Below, piece by piece: positions 30,553-42,318 of a DNA stretch of 64,000 bases (positions within the stretch are counted from its first letter, which is position 1; every line of letters begins with the position of its first letter). The translations under genes and the position numbers were made by a program. The notes beneath the pieces are model-generated. The model searched no databases and was not told the origin of the DNA. It worked only from the letters and a program-made list of their open reading frames with translations. Origin of the DNA: Gammaproteobacteria bacterium (GTDB lineage Bacteria > Pseudomonadota > Gammaproteobacteria > Ga0077536); the NCBI GenBank assembly GCA_963662545.2, contig CAXXLL010000002.1:1568001-1632000 (forward strand), in the 5' to 3' direction.

Positions 30553-31518
30553 ATGAAACTCAAGACACGCTTGACTGATTTGTTGGAGTTGGAACACCCG
30601 ATCGTGCTCGCGCCCATGGCGCGGGTCGCCGGCGGGCGGCTCGCGGCGGCCGTGTCGGACGCGGGCGGACTCGGCCTCATCGGCGGTGGGTATTGCGAAC
30701 CCGAATGGATCGGGGCGGAGTTCGACGAGGCCGGGGAGGCGGACGTTGGGATCGGTTTCATCACCTGGCGTCTCGACCAGGCGCCCGGGGTACTCGACCT
30801 CGCACTGGAACGTCGTCCGCGGGCGGTGTTGCTGTCGTTCGGCGACATCGCACCGTACGCCGACCGCATCAAATCAGCCGGCAGTGTCCTGATCGCCCAG
30901 GTCCAGACACTGGCGCAGGCGGTCGCAGCGTGGACTGCGGGCGCGGACGTGATCGTGGCACAGGGTGCGGAGGCGGGTGGCCACGCGGGGCACAGGTCTA
31001 CCCTGCCGTTGGTGCCGGCGATCGTCGATCGGGTTGCGCCGGTGCCGGTGATCGCCGCCGGCGGCATCGATGATGGCCGCGGTGTGGCGGCGGCGCTGGT
31101 ACTTGGCGCTGCGGGTGCCATGCTGGGCAGACGTTTTTACACCTGCCGTGAAGCGCTCGCCCATGCGAATGCGAAACAGCGGGCGGTCGAGGCAGGCGGT
31201 GACGATACCGTGCGCAGCAGCGTATTTGATCGTTTGAGGCGGTGGAACTGGCCGGCGGGCTATGCACTGCGTACGCTCGCGAACGACATGACTCGGCGCT
31301 GGACGGACGATCCGGGCGCGCTGGCCGATGAGTTAGAGCGCGAGATCAATGCATTTGACGCCGCGATCGAAGTCGGCGATACGCGCATCGCTCCGGTCAT
31401 CATCGGAGAAGCTGCGGATTTAATCGGCGATCTACGCGGGGCCGGGGAGCTGGTTCACAGCTTAGTGGACGATGCGGCTGCGCGACTCGAGGCCGCGGTG
31501 GACACCTTGGAAGCGTAA
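30553..31518 (+). CDS. Nitronate monooxygenase family protein
   Basis: HPIVLAPM, GGLGLIGGG, QGAEAGGH, AAGGIDDGRG. Confidence 0.9.
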   Translation: MKLKTRLTDLLELEHPIVLAPMARVAGGRLAAAVSDAGGLGLIGGGYCEPEWIGAEFDEAGEADVGIGFITWRLDQAPGVLDLALERRPRAVLLSFGDIAPYADRIKSAGSVLIAQVQTLAQAVAAWTAGADVIVAQGAEAGGHAGHRSTLPLVPAIVDRVAPVPVIAAGGIDDGRGVAAALVLGAAGAMLGRRFYTCREALAHANAKQRAVEAGGDDTVRSSVFDRLRRWNWPAGYALRTLANDMTRRWTDDPGALADELEREINAFDAAIEVGDTRIAPVIIGEAADLIGDLRGAGELVHSLVDDAAARLEAAVDTLEA

Positions 31519-31541
31519 AACGTAGCGAGCGGTGAGCGCCG

Positions 31542-32351
31542 TCAGGATGGCGCAAGCAGGATCGTTTCGTGCCAGCTATTGCCTTTCGAGTCCGAGATCT
31601 CTGCGGTGAGTTCACCACTCGAATCGGACTTTAGAAAAAAACGGAAGCTGGGGTCCTCGCTGACCGCAATGCCGGTCTCGGCAGTCATGACCGGTTCACC
31701 GTTCAGCAGGATTCGAATCGTCTTGATGAAATGCGCAGGCCTGATCGCGTAGATCTTATAGTCCATCTGCATGCCGGTGAAATTAGGATGACGCACGCGC
31801 AGCTGCGTCGGCATTCCGCCGTTTTCCGCCGACTCGTCGAGCGATCGAAGTTGAATCTTGCCGAGGCCCGCCATCGCTTTCTTGTAGTCGATGGCAATGG
31901 GGATCGCGCATCCGCCCTGGGCCTTGACGAAGCGCTTCACCATGTGATGTTCGCCGGTATTGAGTACCGCGACGGCACGCACGTTCGTGTAGTTGTCGAT
32001 ACGGATCCGCAGGGCCAGACTGGCCCGGCTGGTCGCGGGCGTAAAATGAAATGTCCCGACCTTGGGTTCCGGGTTGTCGTCGACGAAGAGATGAATGGTC
32101 TCGATGTAGCGCTCAGGCGTCTGCGGGATTATCGCTTTAATGCGAATTGGGGTAACCGCCGCGTCTTCAGATCGGTAGGGCGCGCTCATATCGATCACTG
32201 TCGCGTCCTCCACGATCCCGATGCCGGGAAAGTGGTGGGGTTTGAGCAAGGCGTCCCAGATTTCAACCGGAGATTGCTGCGCCTCGATCGGTTGGACGCT
32301 GAACGCGAGGATCAGCGTCACGATGGCGAGAAAAGCAATGGGTAAGCGCAT
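31542..32351 (-). CDS. Fused SoxYZ-like carrier (quinoprotein-dehydrogenase-associated type)
   Basis: Signal peptide; APYRSEDAA, VDDNPEP, VKAQGGCA, HPNFTGMQMD, SEDPSFRF. Confidence 0.85.
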   Translation of the reverse strand: MRLPIAFLAIVTLILAFSVQPIEAQQSPVEIWDALLKPHHFPGIGIVEDATVIDMSAPYRSEDAAVTPIRIKAIIPQTPERYIETIHLFVDDNPEPKVGTFHFTPATSRASLALRIRIDNYTNVRAVAVLNTGEHHMVKRFVKAQGGCAIPIAIDYKKAMAGLGKIQLRSLDESAENGGMPTQLRVRHPNFTGMQMDYKIYAIRPAHFIKTIRILLNGEPVMTAETGIAVSEDPSFRFFLKSDSSGELTAEISDSKGNSWHETILLAPS

Positions 32352-32543
32352 GATTTCGACTTCGAACAGGAGCGTGTTAAAAAATTGTTCCGAACGACGA
32401 GTCAGATCGTATTTTGCCGCAGGCGGGCGAAAGATTGCGCACCGTTAGGAATAACAAAGCGTCGTATCATTCTCATAGCCCCATATAGTGTAGCTGAGCC
32501 CACATGACCGGCCCAATCTGAAAGCACTGGAGACGACCAACTA

Positions 32544-32978
32544 ATGAGTAGCGCAAGCATATGGAAACACCCGGATCCAGTCGCCGAAGCGGCGCGCGTT
32601 TCCGCCAAGCTCATGCCCGGGCGCCTCGGTATCGAATTCTTGGAGGCTGGGGACGATTGGCTGACGGCGCGCATGCCGGTGGACGATCGAACCCGCCAGC
32701 CGGCGGGCATTTTGCACGGCGGCGCATCGCTGGTGCTGGCCGAAACCCTGGCCTCGACTGCCGCGTACTTCTGTATCGATGCAAATTTGAAGATGTGCGT
32801 CGGCCTCGAGATCAACGCCAATCACGTTCGTTCGGTGCGCGAAGGATACGTCTACGGCCGCGCGTCGCCGCTGCACATGGGACGCAGTACGCACGTCTGG
32901 GAAATTCGGATTACCGACGAGCAGGGCCGGCTCGTGTGTATTTCGCGCTGCACGCTTGCGATTCTCGACGCGCGCTGA
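32544..32978 (+). CDS. Hotdog-fold thioesterase (PaaI/MenI-like)
   Basis: QPAGILHGGASLVLAET, VGLEINANH. Confidence 0.9.
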   Translation: MSSASIWKHPDPVAEAARVSAKLMPGRLGIEFLEAGDDWLTARMPVDDRTRQPAGILHGGASLVLAETLASTAAYFCIDANLKMCVGLEINANHVRSVREGYVYGRASPLHMGRSTHVWEIRITDEQGRLVCISRCTLAILDAR

Positions 32979-33104
32979 TGTATACACTGAAAAAGATCGG
33001 ACGAGCGATTGCCGGTGGAACCGCCGCACAGGTGCTTGAAACCGCCGTGTACGAGATCAGCCTGTTATATTATTGAATCGGGATGATGCTAGAGCGCAAA
33101 CGTT

Positions 33105-33584
33105 ATGACAGAAATTCGCACGCTTGAAGATCGAATCGCCATTGCGCACGTGATCCAACAGGTCGCGAGGGCCTTCGACGAAAAAATGCATGACGAGCTT
33201 TTACCCCAGTCTTTCACTGAAGACGCAAAAATACTCTATCGGTTACGCGGATCCCTTATCGACTTTTCTATGCCAGACGGTATAGCGAAATTCAAGCACT
33301 ACCATGATCGCTGCTTCTGGACACAGCACCTGGTGTCGCCTCATATCGTTGCACTTGAAGGCGATACGGCGCGAGCGAGTACGCCTGTTCACGCCGTGCA
33401 CGTTCAGGTTCGCGACGATGGCACTCGCAACAATTGGTTGATTGGCGCCGTTTATCACGACGAACTGGTGCGCACGCCGAAAGGTTGGCGCATAAAGGCC
33501 CGGACCGTGCCATGTCCCTACGTCGAAGGTGATTTTCTAGAAACTGGCGTACGTGCCTTTCTAACGCTCCCGTCCTACGACTAA
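33105..33584 (+). CDS. SnoaL/NTF2-like protein
   Basis: LEDRIAI, FTEDA, TQHLV, YHDELVRTPKGWRI. Confidence 0.85.
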   Translation: MTEIRTLEDRIAIAHVIQQVARAFDEKMHDELLPQSFTEDAKILYRLRGSLIDFSMPDGIAKFKHYHDRCFWTQHLVSPHIVALEGDTARASTPVHAVHVQVRDDGTRNNWLIGAVYHDELVRTPKGWRIKARTVPCPYVEGDFLETGVRAFLTLPSYD

Positions 33585-33657
33585 TCGCTGCTGTTTCGAC
33601 CGGCATTTAGCTGCGATCACTTGACCCCGCTCGTCCGTGTTTTCAAGGCCACCGTGT

Positions 33658-34320
33658 TTACGGCCCTTCTTCCATAATTGCCGCCGCCAGACCGGCGTGA
33701 CCGAAACAGGCGCCGGCGCCCATTTCAATCGCGACCCACACGGCTTCGACGATCTCTTTCCGTTCGTATCCCGCGTCAAGCGCAGCGCGCACGTGGGTGT
33801 CGATACAAAACGGACAACGCGTATTGTGCGCGCATGCGACGGCGATGAGTTCCTTGAATTTCCGCTTGAGTGCGCCGTCGCTGAACGCCGCGTGATGCAG
33901 CTCGGTGTACGCTCCGTAGGCGGCCGGGTGGAGCGCCGCCAAATCGCCTAATCGCTCTTTCGTATCCGGGGCGTAGTATTCACCCGAACCGCCGTCCATC
34001 GACTGCATTGCGATCGCAGCATGGCCGTAGCAGGCGCCGGCGCCCATGGCGACGCCAACCCAGATCGCTTCGGCGATTTCGGGCTTTCCCGCGCCCGCCT
34101 CGAGCGCCAATCCAACGTGATAGTCAATGCAATACGGACAGCGCAGCACGTGGGCGGAGCCGACGGCGATCAACTCCTTTTCACGACGGGACAGGGCCCC
34201 ATCCTGAAAGCACGCTTCCGCCAGGCGACCAAACGCGTGTAGCGGTTCGGGCGCCCATCGTTCGTACAATGCCGTCTTTTTGAGATAGGTGGAATGCGAC
34301 AAGGATGCGAGTCTGTTCAT
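33658..34320 (-). CDS. Tandem AhpD/carboxymuconolactone decarboxylase-family protein
   Basis: Two repeats of DGAL..KELIAV..CP(Y/F)CID.H; RBS GAGGA before ATG 34320. Confidence 0.9.
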   Translation of the reverse strand: MNRLASLSHSTYLKKTALYERWAPEPLHAFGRLAEACFQDGALSRREKELIAVGSAHVLRCPYCIDYHVGLALEAGAGKPEIAEAIWVGVAMGAGACYGHAAIAMQSMDGGSGEYYAPDTKERLGDLAALHPAAYGAYTELHHAAFSDGALKRKFKELIAVACAHNTRCPFCIDTHVRAALDAGYERKEIVEAVWVAIEMGAGACFGHAGLAAAIMEEGP

Positions 34321-34445
34321 GGCATGTCCTCTTTCCGCAGGAGAGTCGAAAACGGGCTGTAGAGATATTAGCAAGGCCGCCGTCGAGTGCCGCCCAGCCG
34401 CTTGCAAACGGACTCTATTCGCCTATAGTGGAGTCATCGAGCGAA

Positions 34446-34521
34446 GCTAGGGGTGCTCCTCCGCCGGGGCTGAGAACATACCCTTCGAACCTGAACCGGT
34501 TCATGCCGGCGTAGGGAAGCA
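34446..34521 (+). ncRNA. TPP riboswitch
   Basis: GGGGTGC...GCTGAGA...ACCCTTCGAACCTGAACCGGTTCATGCCGGCGTAGGGAA directly upstream of thiC. Confidence 0.95.
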
Positions 34522-34565
34522 GTGGCCCTCCTAGACGCAGCGCGATAATGACGCAAGCAACGTAA

Positions 34566-36458
<1,893 letters not shown>

Positions 36459-36577
36459 GCGCGCGAAGATCGGTCTAACAAATCGTTAAATCAGGTGTAT
36501 TAGCTCACATCTGATCTTAGAATATTCGGCGCCTTCATCGATCCCGGATCGAGTCTTTTGCATTCTCTCAACCAGCG

Positions 36578-36961
36578 CTAAAGCGTGTCGAGGAGAGGCT
36601 GCAACGTCACCACATCCCAATAGTCGTCCCACTGCGCTATCAGTCCGTCGCGAACGACGAAGACCCCGGCGCAAGGTAAATCAACGGTAACATCGGCGTT
36701 CTCCCAGCGTTCAATGCGCGCATTCATCACAACCTCCCCATCGGCGACGCTATGAAGTATTTCCATGATCTTAAGCGCGCTTGCCGGACGATGGATCCAT
36801 GGGTCAAGCACCTCGCGAACGCCCGCGTGCCCATTCACCGGCCCCCACGGCTTGTTGTGGTAGATCACCTCGTCGCTTAGATAGTCGACAGTTTTTACCA
36901 TATCGCCAGCGAGCAGGGACTTCAACATGTCAGTGACAATTCGAATGTTGGTGTCGGTCAT
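36578..36961 (-). CDS. Limonene-1,2-epoxide hydrolase/SnoaL-like protein
   Basis: IYHNKPW, VMNARIE, GVFVVRDGLIAQWDDYWD. Confidence 0.8.
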   Translation of the reverse strand: MTDTNIRIVTDMLKSLLAGDMVKTVDYLSDEVIYHNKPWGPVNGHAGVREVLDPWIHRPASALKIMEILHSVADGEVVMNARIERWENADVTVDLPCAGVFVVRDGLIAQWDDYWDVVTLQPLLDTL

Positions 36962-36992
36962 TGAGTCGGTCTCCGGTTAGGAAACGCGGGAG

Positions 36993-37065
36993 TTCCGGGG
37001 ACAATTTACTTATCTCGATATTTTTCACCCAAATCGGTGCCGAGATAAGTAAACTGTCCCCGGAA
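36993..37065. repeat. REPIN-like intergenic palindrome
   Basis: 25-bp arms TTCCGGGGACA(A/G)TTTACTTATCTCG, 24/25 complementary. Confidence 0.85.
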
Positions 37066-37083
37066 TCGCGGAATTGCCACGTA

Positions 37084-37728
37084 TTACAGGTTCGCGATGT
37101 CGTTCAAGGTTTTTTGCGGCTCAGGACGGTTGGTGTAATCCGGGTCTACGTCGGCCGCGCGAACGATCCCATCCTGGCCGATCACGAACCGGGCCGGCAT
37201 GGGCAAGGTCCAGCTATCTTCCGCATTGTGGGTCGGAAGATCGATGCCGAAACCTGAGTAGACTTCACGTAGGTCGTCTGGGAGCGCAAACTTGAGGCCC
37301 AATTTTGCGGCATATTCGTTGCCCGGGTCCGACAATAGATCGAAGTTTATCTTGTTCTTTTCGCGCATGATCAAGCTATGGTCCGGAGATTGCGGGGTGA
37401 TTGCGACGACGGTGACGTTCTTTTCTTTAAGTTCGGCTGCAATTTCCTGCAAAGCATACAGCTCTGCAATGCAGTAGGGTCACCAACTACCGCGGAAGAC
37501 AGTCAGCACCACCGCGCCTTGGGACAACAGGTCGGACGAGCGAACACTATCGCCTTCGGCGTTTTTCAGCTCGAAGTCGGGCAATCGGTCGCCCACTTTC
37601 AGCACCCCGTCCATAATGCCCGACGCCCGCAAATTTTTGGTCGCGCGCAACATAATCTCGAACCGGTCGGCTGGGATCCTTTTTTGCGCCCCTTCTTTAA
37701 TCTCGTTCAACTTCTCAGCTAATGACAT
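37084..37728 (-). CDS. Selenocysteine-containing AhpC/TSA peroxiredoxin-like protein (214 aa with UGA read as Sec)
   Basis: ORFs 37480-37728 and 37084-37452 share a frame, joined by TGA at 37480-37482: FRGSW-U-PYC in place of the family motif YRGxWCPYC; a hairpin follows. Confidence 0.85.
37447..37474 (-). promoter_or_regulatory. Putative bacterial SECIS element
   Basis: CTGCATTGCA-GAGC-TGTATGCTTTGCAG hairpin starting 6 nt after the UGA, with a G-led apical loop. Confidence 0.55.
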
Positions 37729-37827
37729 CGATGTCTTCCTCCGATGAGACCGAGCAGGCAGCGGGTTCCTCCGCCAGCCCTGTTACAATGACACTTCGGG
37801 CAAATAGGCCGGCTACAAAGGCAAGGT

Positions 37828-38121
37828 TCACCCGTCGAATTTATCGTAGACGACGATTGTCGGCGGCGCCGACATCATGTTGCCAAGTGCTTCCATTACT
37901 CCGGTTTCGGTGCGCCACTGGATGTATTTTTCCCGATGCTGGCGCGTGTCCCAAATCTCGTAAAACAATACGTGGCCGGGTTTATCCTGGTCGATCCAAA
38001 TATCGAATGATTGGCACCCATCGTAGGCGCGGGTTTCAGGCGCGGCGCCTTTGATTGCGGCCAGAAATTCGCCCATCTTGTCAGTGTCAATCGTAAGGTC
38101 GAGTGTGACGCATACGGCCAT
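37828..38121 (-). CDS. Antibiotic biosynthesis monooxygenase (ABM) family protein
   Basis: TRAYDGC, YEIWDT..H..Y..WR. Confidence 0.85.
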   Translation of the reverse strand: MAVCVTLDLTIDTDKMGEFLAAIKGAAPETRAYDGCQSFDIWIDQDKPGHVLFYEIWDTRQHREKYIQWRTETGVMEALGNMMSAPPTIVVYDKFDG

Positions 38122-38165
38122 TGCCAGCTCCTTTTATTCGTTACGCGATCGGACTATGCGTATTA

Positions 38166-38185
38166 TTTACACCACGTAGTGTAAA
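38166..38185. promoter_or_regulatory. Palindromic operator 1 (putative TetR site)
   Basis: TTTACAC-N6-GTGTAAA upstream of the ABM gene. Confidence 0.7.
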
Positions 38186-38372
38186 ATAGCAAACCCTGCA
38201 ATTCCTGAGCATCACCAAGATGACACCGTTAGCGGAGCGGCGGTAGCCAGATGTCCGTAAAATTTCGGAATCTTGGTCCACTAAAAATCTCTTGAGCATC
38301 GCGACGAGACGAAAAGCTGGTGAGAATCTGCGTACCATTGTTGGCATTCACCCAACCATTAGGGGTTGCTTT

Positions 38373-38392
38373 TTTACACCGATAGTTGTAAA
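38373..38392. promoter_or_regulatory. Palindromic operator 2 (putative TetR site)
   Basis: TTTACAC-CGATAG-TTGTAAA immediately upstream of the TetR gene. Confidence 0.7.
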
Positions 38393-38400
38393 TAATACGC

Positions 38401-38982
38401 ATGGCCCGCCCCCGTGAATTCGATGTCGACATCGTTACCAATCGCGCCCTGGGCTTGTTTGCGCGCGAGGGCTATGAGTGCACGTCGTTAGCAGACCTGG
38501 AAAACGAGACCGGCGTTGATCGCAAAGGGCTGTATAACACGTTCGGCAGTAAACGCGGCTTGTTTATCGAAGCCCTCAAACGATATGAAGAGCGCGCCAT
38601 TGAAGTGCTCGTCGCGCCGCTGGAATCGGCGGGCGCCGGGCGGCCAGAAATCGTACACGTCTTCGGTATCATGGCGTCCCAAAGAGGGCAGCTGAAAGAG
38701 AACCGCGGGTGCCTGTTCTGTCTGACCGCACAGAGCGACGTGGCACAGTCGGAGGAGGTCGCCGATCGCGTGCAAGGATTTTTGCAGCGGTTCCGACACG
38801 GCTTCGCCAACGCATTGCGCGGCGCAAGGACAGTGGGAGACCTTGCCCCGCATAAGAAGCCCGAAGTCATGGCCGATTTTTTAATGGGTACGGTGATGGG
38901 CCTGTCCGCGATGGTGCGCGCCCGTCGTCCCAATGCACAGATAATGCACTACGTTGATACCGCCTTGTCCACGCTCGACTGA
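38401..38982 (+). CDS. TetR/AcrR-family regulator (NemR/ComR-like)
   Basis: MARPREFD, GYECTSLADL, GLYNTFGSKRGLF, GCL. Confidence 0.95.
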   Translation: MARPREFDVDIVTNRALGLFAREGYECTSLADLENETGVDRKGLYNTFGSKRGLFIEALKRYEERAIEVLVAPLESAGAGRPEIVHVFGIMASQRGQLKENRGCLFCLTAQSDVAQSEEVADRVQGFLQRFRHGFANALRGARTVGDLAPHKKPEVMADFLMGTVMGLSAMVRARRPNAQIMHYVDTALSTLD

Positions 38983-39013
38983 GTAGGGCACGGCGGAAAT
39001 TTTTTTGCCTGAT

Positions 39014-39033
39014 AAAACACCGATTAGTGTAAA
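39014..39033. promoter_or_regulatory. Palindromic operator 3 (putative TetR site)
   Basis: AAAACAC-CGATTA-GTGTAAA upstream of the GST gene. Confidence 0.65.
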
Positions 39034-39065
39034 AATTCGAAGAATTCAAAGGAGCAACAAGCAAC

Positions 39066-39746
39066 ATGATTGATCTGTATACCGACGCCACGCCGAACGG
39101 GTGGAAAGTCTCCGTAATGCTCGAGGAAATCGGCATGGCGTACACCACCCACCATATCGATATCATGACCGGCGCACAGAAGGAGGAATCGTTTCTCAAG
39201 CTCTGCCCGAACGGCCGCATCCCGGCTATCGTCGATCGCGACAACGATGATTTGGCGATCTTCGAATCGGGCGCGATCATGCTCTACCTGGCGAAAAAGT
39301 CCGGGCAGCTCATGCCGCTGGACGACAAGGGCGAATCGCGTGTCACACAGTGGTTGATGTTCCAGATGGCCGGCATCGGACCGATGATGGGACAGTCGAA
39401 CGTATTCTTTCGTTATTTTCCCGAGAAGATCCCGGCCGCGATCGACCGTTACCACAATGAGTGCAGGCGTCTGTACGAAGTGCTCGACAAACAACTCGAA
39501 GGGCGCGACTACCTGTGCGACGTCTATTCGCTCGCGGACATCGCGAACTGGTGCTGGGTACGCATTTATTTCTGGGGCGGCACCAACATCGACGGTCTGG
39601 ATAACCTCAAGGCGTGGATGGACCGTCTCGAAGCACGCCCGGCGTGCCAACGCGGCATTGCCGTACCCCACCCAACGGATTTCGAGAAGCTTGAAGCAGA
39701 TTTAGCGAAAGACGACAGCAATATACTGTCGCTGGTCACGAAATAG
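39066..39746 (+). CDS. Glutathione S-transferase, Nu class (YfcG/YghU-like)
   Basis: [34 protein letters not shown]. Confidence 0.92.
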   Translation: MIDLYTDATPNGWKVSVMLEEIGMAYTTHHIDIMTGAQKEESFLKLCPNGRIPAIVDRDNDDLAIFESGAIMLYLAKKSGQLMPLDDKGESRVTQWLMFQMAGIGPMMGQSNVFFRYFPEKIPAAIDRYHNECRRLYEVLDKQLEGRDYLCDVYSLADIANWCWVRIYFWGGTNIDGLDNLKAWMDRLEARPACQRGIAVPHPTDFEKLEADLAKDDSNILSLVTK

Positions 39747-39813
39747 GGGCGACCGCGAGCTTATGCGCGTACCCCGGCGCGATAACAACACGATAACGAT
39801 GAAAGGATAAAAA

Positions 39814-40578
39814 ATGGAATATGTCGATATTGATAAAGCGATAAGCACTGACGGCTTGCGCATCATCCTGGTGCAGGGCTTCCCGAGTCCCTGGGGGCAG
39901 GCCGCCAAGGCCATGATGGAACACAAAGGTCTCGACTACTTCGTCGGACCCCAGCAAGCCGGCGGCCCCAATCCCGAAATCGTCGCCTGGTCGGGGGTTA
40001 ACAGCGCCCCGGTAGTCGCTTGGAATGACGAGAAGCCGATCAATCGTTGGGACGACATCCTGCTGCTCCTCGAGCGGCTCGCACCAGATAAACCACTGGT
40101 CCCGCAGCGCGGAACCGAAAGGGTACAGCTGTTCGGTCTCGGTCACGAGATCTGCGGCGAACTCGGCTTTGGCTGGAACCGACGTCTCGACATGTTCCGG
40201 CCGGCAATGGAATCCGGCGAGGCGCCGGAAGGCGTCGTCAGTATGTGCGACAAATACGGCTATAACGAGACCGACGTCGCGCTAGCCAATCAGCGCACGA
40301 TCGCGCTTCTCGAACTCCTGACCGAGATGCTCACGGCGCAGAAAGATAAAGGCAACGATTACCTGATCGGTGCACAGCTGACGGCGGCTGATTTCTACTG
40401 GGCTGCATTCAGTAATCTCGTCGTCATCCAACCGCCCGAGGAATGCCCGCTCGACCCCGGCGTCCGGCCAATGTTCGAGAATACGCCGGCCGACGTCGCC
40501 GCCGCGGTCGATCCAATTCTCATCGAGCACCGTAACAGGATCATGCAAGCGCATTTCAAGATCCCGATGGAGCTCTAA
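39814..40578 (+). CDS. GST-like protein
   Basis: PSPWGQAAK, SAPV, LTAADFYWA. Confidence 0.75.
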   Translation: MEYVDIDKAISTDGLRIILVQGFPSPWGQAAKAMMEHKGLDYFVGPQQAGGPNPEIVAWSGVNSAPVVAWNDEKPINRWDDILLLLERLAPDKPLVPQRGTERVQLFGLGHEICGELGFGWNRRLDMFRPAMESGEAPEGVVSMCDKYGYNETDVALANQRTIALLELLTEMLTAQKDKGNDYLIGAQLTAADFYWAAFSNLVVIQPPEECPLDPGVRPMFENTPADVAAAVDPILIEHRNRIMQAHFKIPMEL

Positions 40579-41210
40579 GCCCGGCGTCGACGATCAAACG
40601 CAAAAAACGTCGAGTGAAGTTCTTAAACGAATAGGTAAATGCGGAGTTGGGTACCAGGTCTTGCCTTTTGCCCTCGCGGCGCAGGAAGTCTCCACAATCC
40701 GATTGACGCGCAAGTAGCGCGATCCGAACAGGCGCCAATTTGCTTCAGTGGATAGCCGCCGCGTTCATAGGCTTTTGCGGTCGAAGTATCTCGATACGAG
40801 CCGTCTTCGAGAATTTTAAGGGGCCGGTCAATTTACAAGGATCACTTCAACGCCATGCATGATCACGTTCGAGCACGCTATACCGTACTTCGAAAAACGG
40901 CCGATGGTAATCGTTTAATACATGCGAATGCTTCTTATTAAAAAGGCGTTCCCGCGGAGACGTATTGTGAATCTGAGCGTAAGCGTTCCTTAAACTGAGA
41001 CAGGTCTGTGTTCACTAACAACCAGGTTCCTATATTCGCAACTCCGTAGGAGTCCGCTTGCGAGGGAACTATGTGTAAAAAGTCAGACTCGATCTGACAA
41101 ACTATAAGCGGAGCTAAGACTTGCTCCGAGAGTTCCGCCATGTGAATTGATGTCCACTATCGAAGACATTCCGGCCAAACTTCGACGTGACGATTTCGGC
41201 AGCAGTCGAT

Positions 41211-41370
41211 CTATTGTGTTGAAAAAGTCGTACCGCATACGATTTCGATATATTTGCGGGTCGCTAAACCATTCCCGGAGTGCCGATCGTCGCTTACAGG
41301 CGATCCTACGCGGTCGGTTTTTCTGCACACGTCGCGACCGACGGCGAATCGGACTTTTTCAACAGAATAG
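41211..41370. mobile_element. MITE (IS5/IS1182-type ends, 160 bp)
   Basis: 19-bp IRs CTATT(G/C)TGTTGAAAAAGTC (18/19 match); no clear target duplication. Confidence 0.7.
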
Positions 41371-41871
41371 GCCAGAAGCGGCCACTGCGAAATACCGTGT
41401 CAGGCCGCATATTCGGGGATCTACATCGGGCCTGTTGCTGCTGACAAGGGGTAATGCCCACCATCGCTTGATTAGTCGATTATGGCCTGCCCCAAGCTAA
41501 AGTTTTTCGCGATACGGACGCCATCAGGAAAATGTACTTCATGGCGCCCTCTGGTTGCCGGAGAGATGCATAAAGTGAACCTCGACCTGACGGTGGAAAG
41601 CTATTGCGGTTACGACTGGGAGACGGAATTAACCTTAAACGGCTGCATTTTTCTGGCAGCTAAACATCTTGGTTTGGTGGCGCCTGATGCGACCGGATTT
41701 GGTTGGAACAATGCACAAATCTGTGATTTGGCCGACAGGGTTAGGGTCAGCATCGATTCCGACCCAACTGTGCTGGATGCTTTGCCGAATCACGTCCGAG
41801 TCCAGCTATTCGAGGGTCTGAATCTTTCCCCCGCGGCTCATCAAACAACTCCAGACTAATAATGGTGAGAT

Positions 41872-42318
41872 GTGAACAGTTCAAATGTTGACGAGGCGAG
41901 CAGCAATCGGAGCCTGCTATGGCAGGAGATAGAAAACCTTGACGAACAGCGACGCTACCCTCGGGTTCCGCTGAACATCCAGGCGGCTTTTGTAACCGAT
42001 ACGGGCCGTACATTCTCAGTTGAGATTTTTAATATTTCTCCGGATGGGCTGCAGGTACGATGCTCAGTCGAAAATGCACACTTCATTCGTCCCCAAGGTA
42101 GCAACATCAATCCGCTCAATGCGCCCTGCATAAGCGCGGCCATCGCGTTGCCCGTGGGTCACGGCAGTAGAACATTGGGATTACGCTGCCAGATGCTCTA
42201 CCTCAAAACGATTGACACTGAACTTGGCTGCATTGTGGGCTTGCGCTATGTCCAGCTCGACCTGCGATCCGAACGGATTCTTAACGCGTTCTTCGCCGAC
42301 CACCTCATCCACGAGTGA
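41872..42318 (+). CDS. PilZ-domain protein
   Basis: EQRRYPRV (RxxxR) and NISPDG (D/NxSxxG) c-di-GMP motifs. Confidence 0.8.
   Translation: MNSSNVDEASSNRSLLWQEIENLDEQRRYPRVPLNIQAAFVTDTGRTFSVEIFNISPDGLQVRCSVENAHFIRPQGSNINPLNAPCISAAIALPVGHGSRTLGLRCQMLYLKTIDTELGCIVGLRYVQLDLRSERILNAFFADHLIHE

Noticed and set aside
40600-41860. Short ORFs in the lower-GC stretch, including 41482-41859
   Set aside because: No recognisable motifs; one overlaps a MITE; coding status cannot be supported
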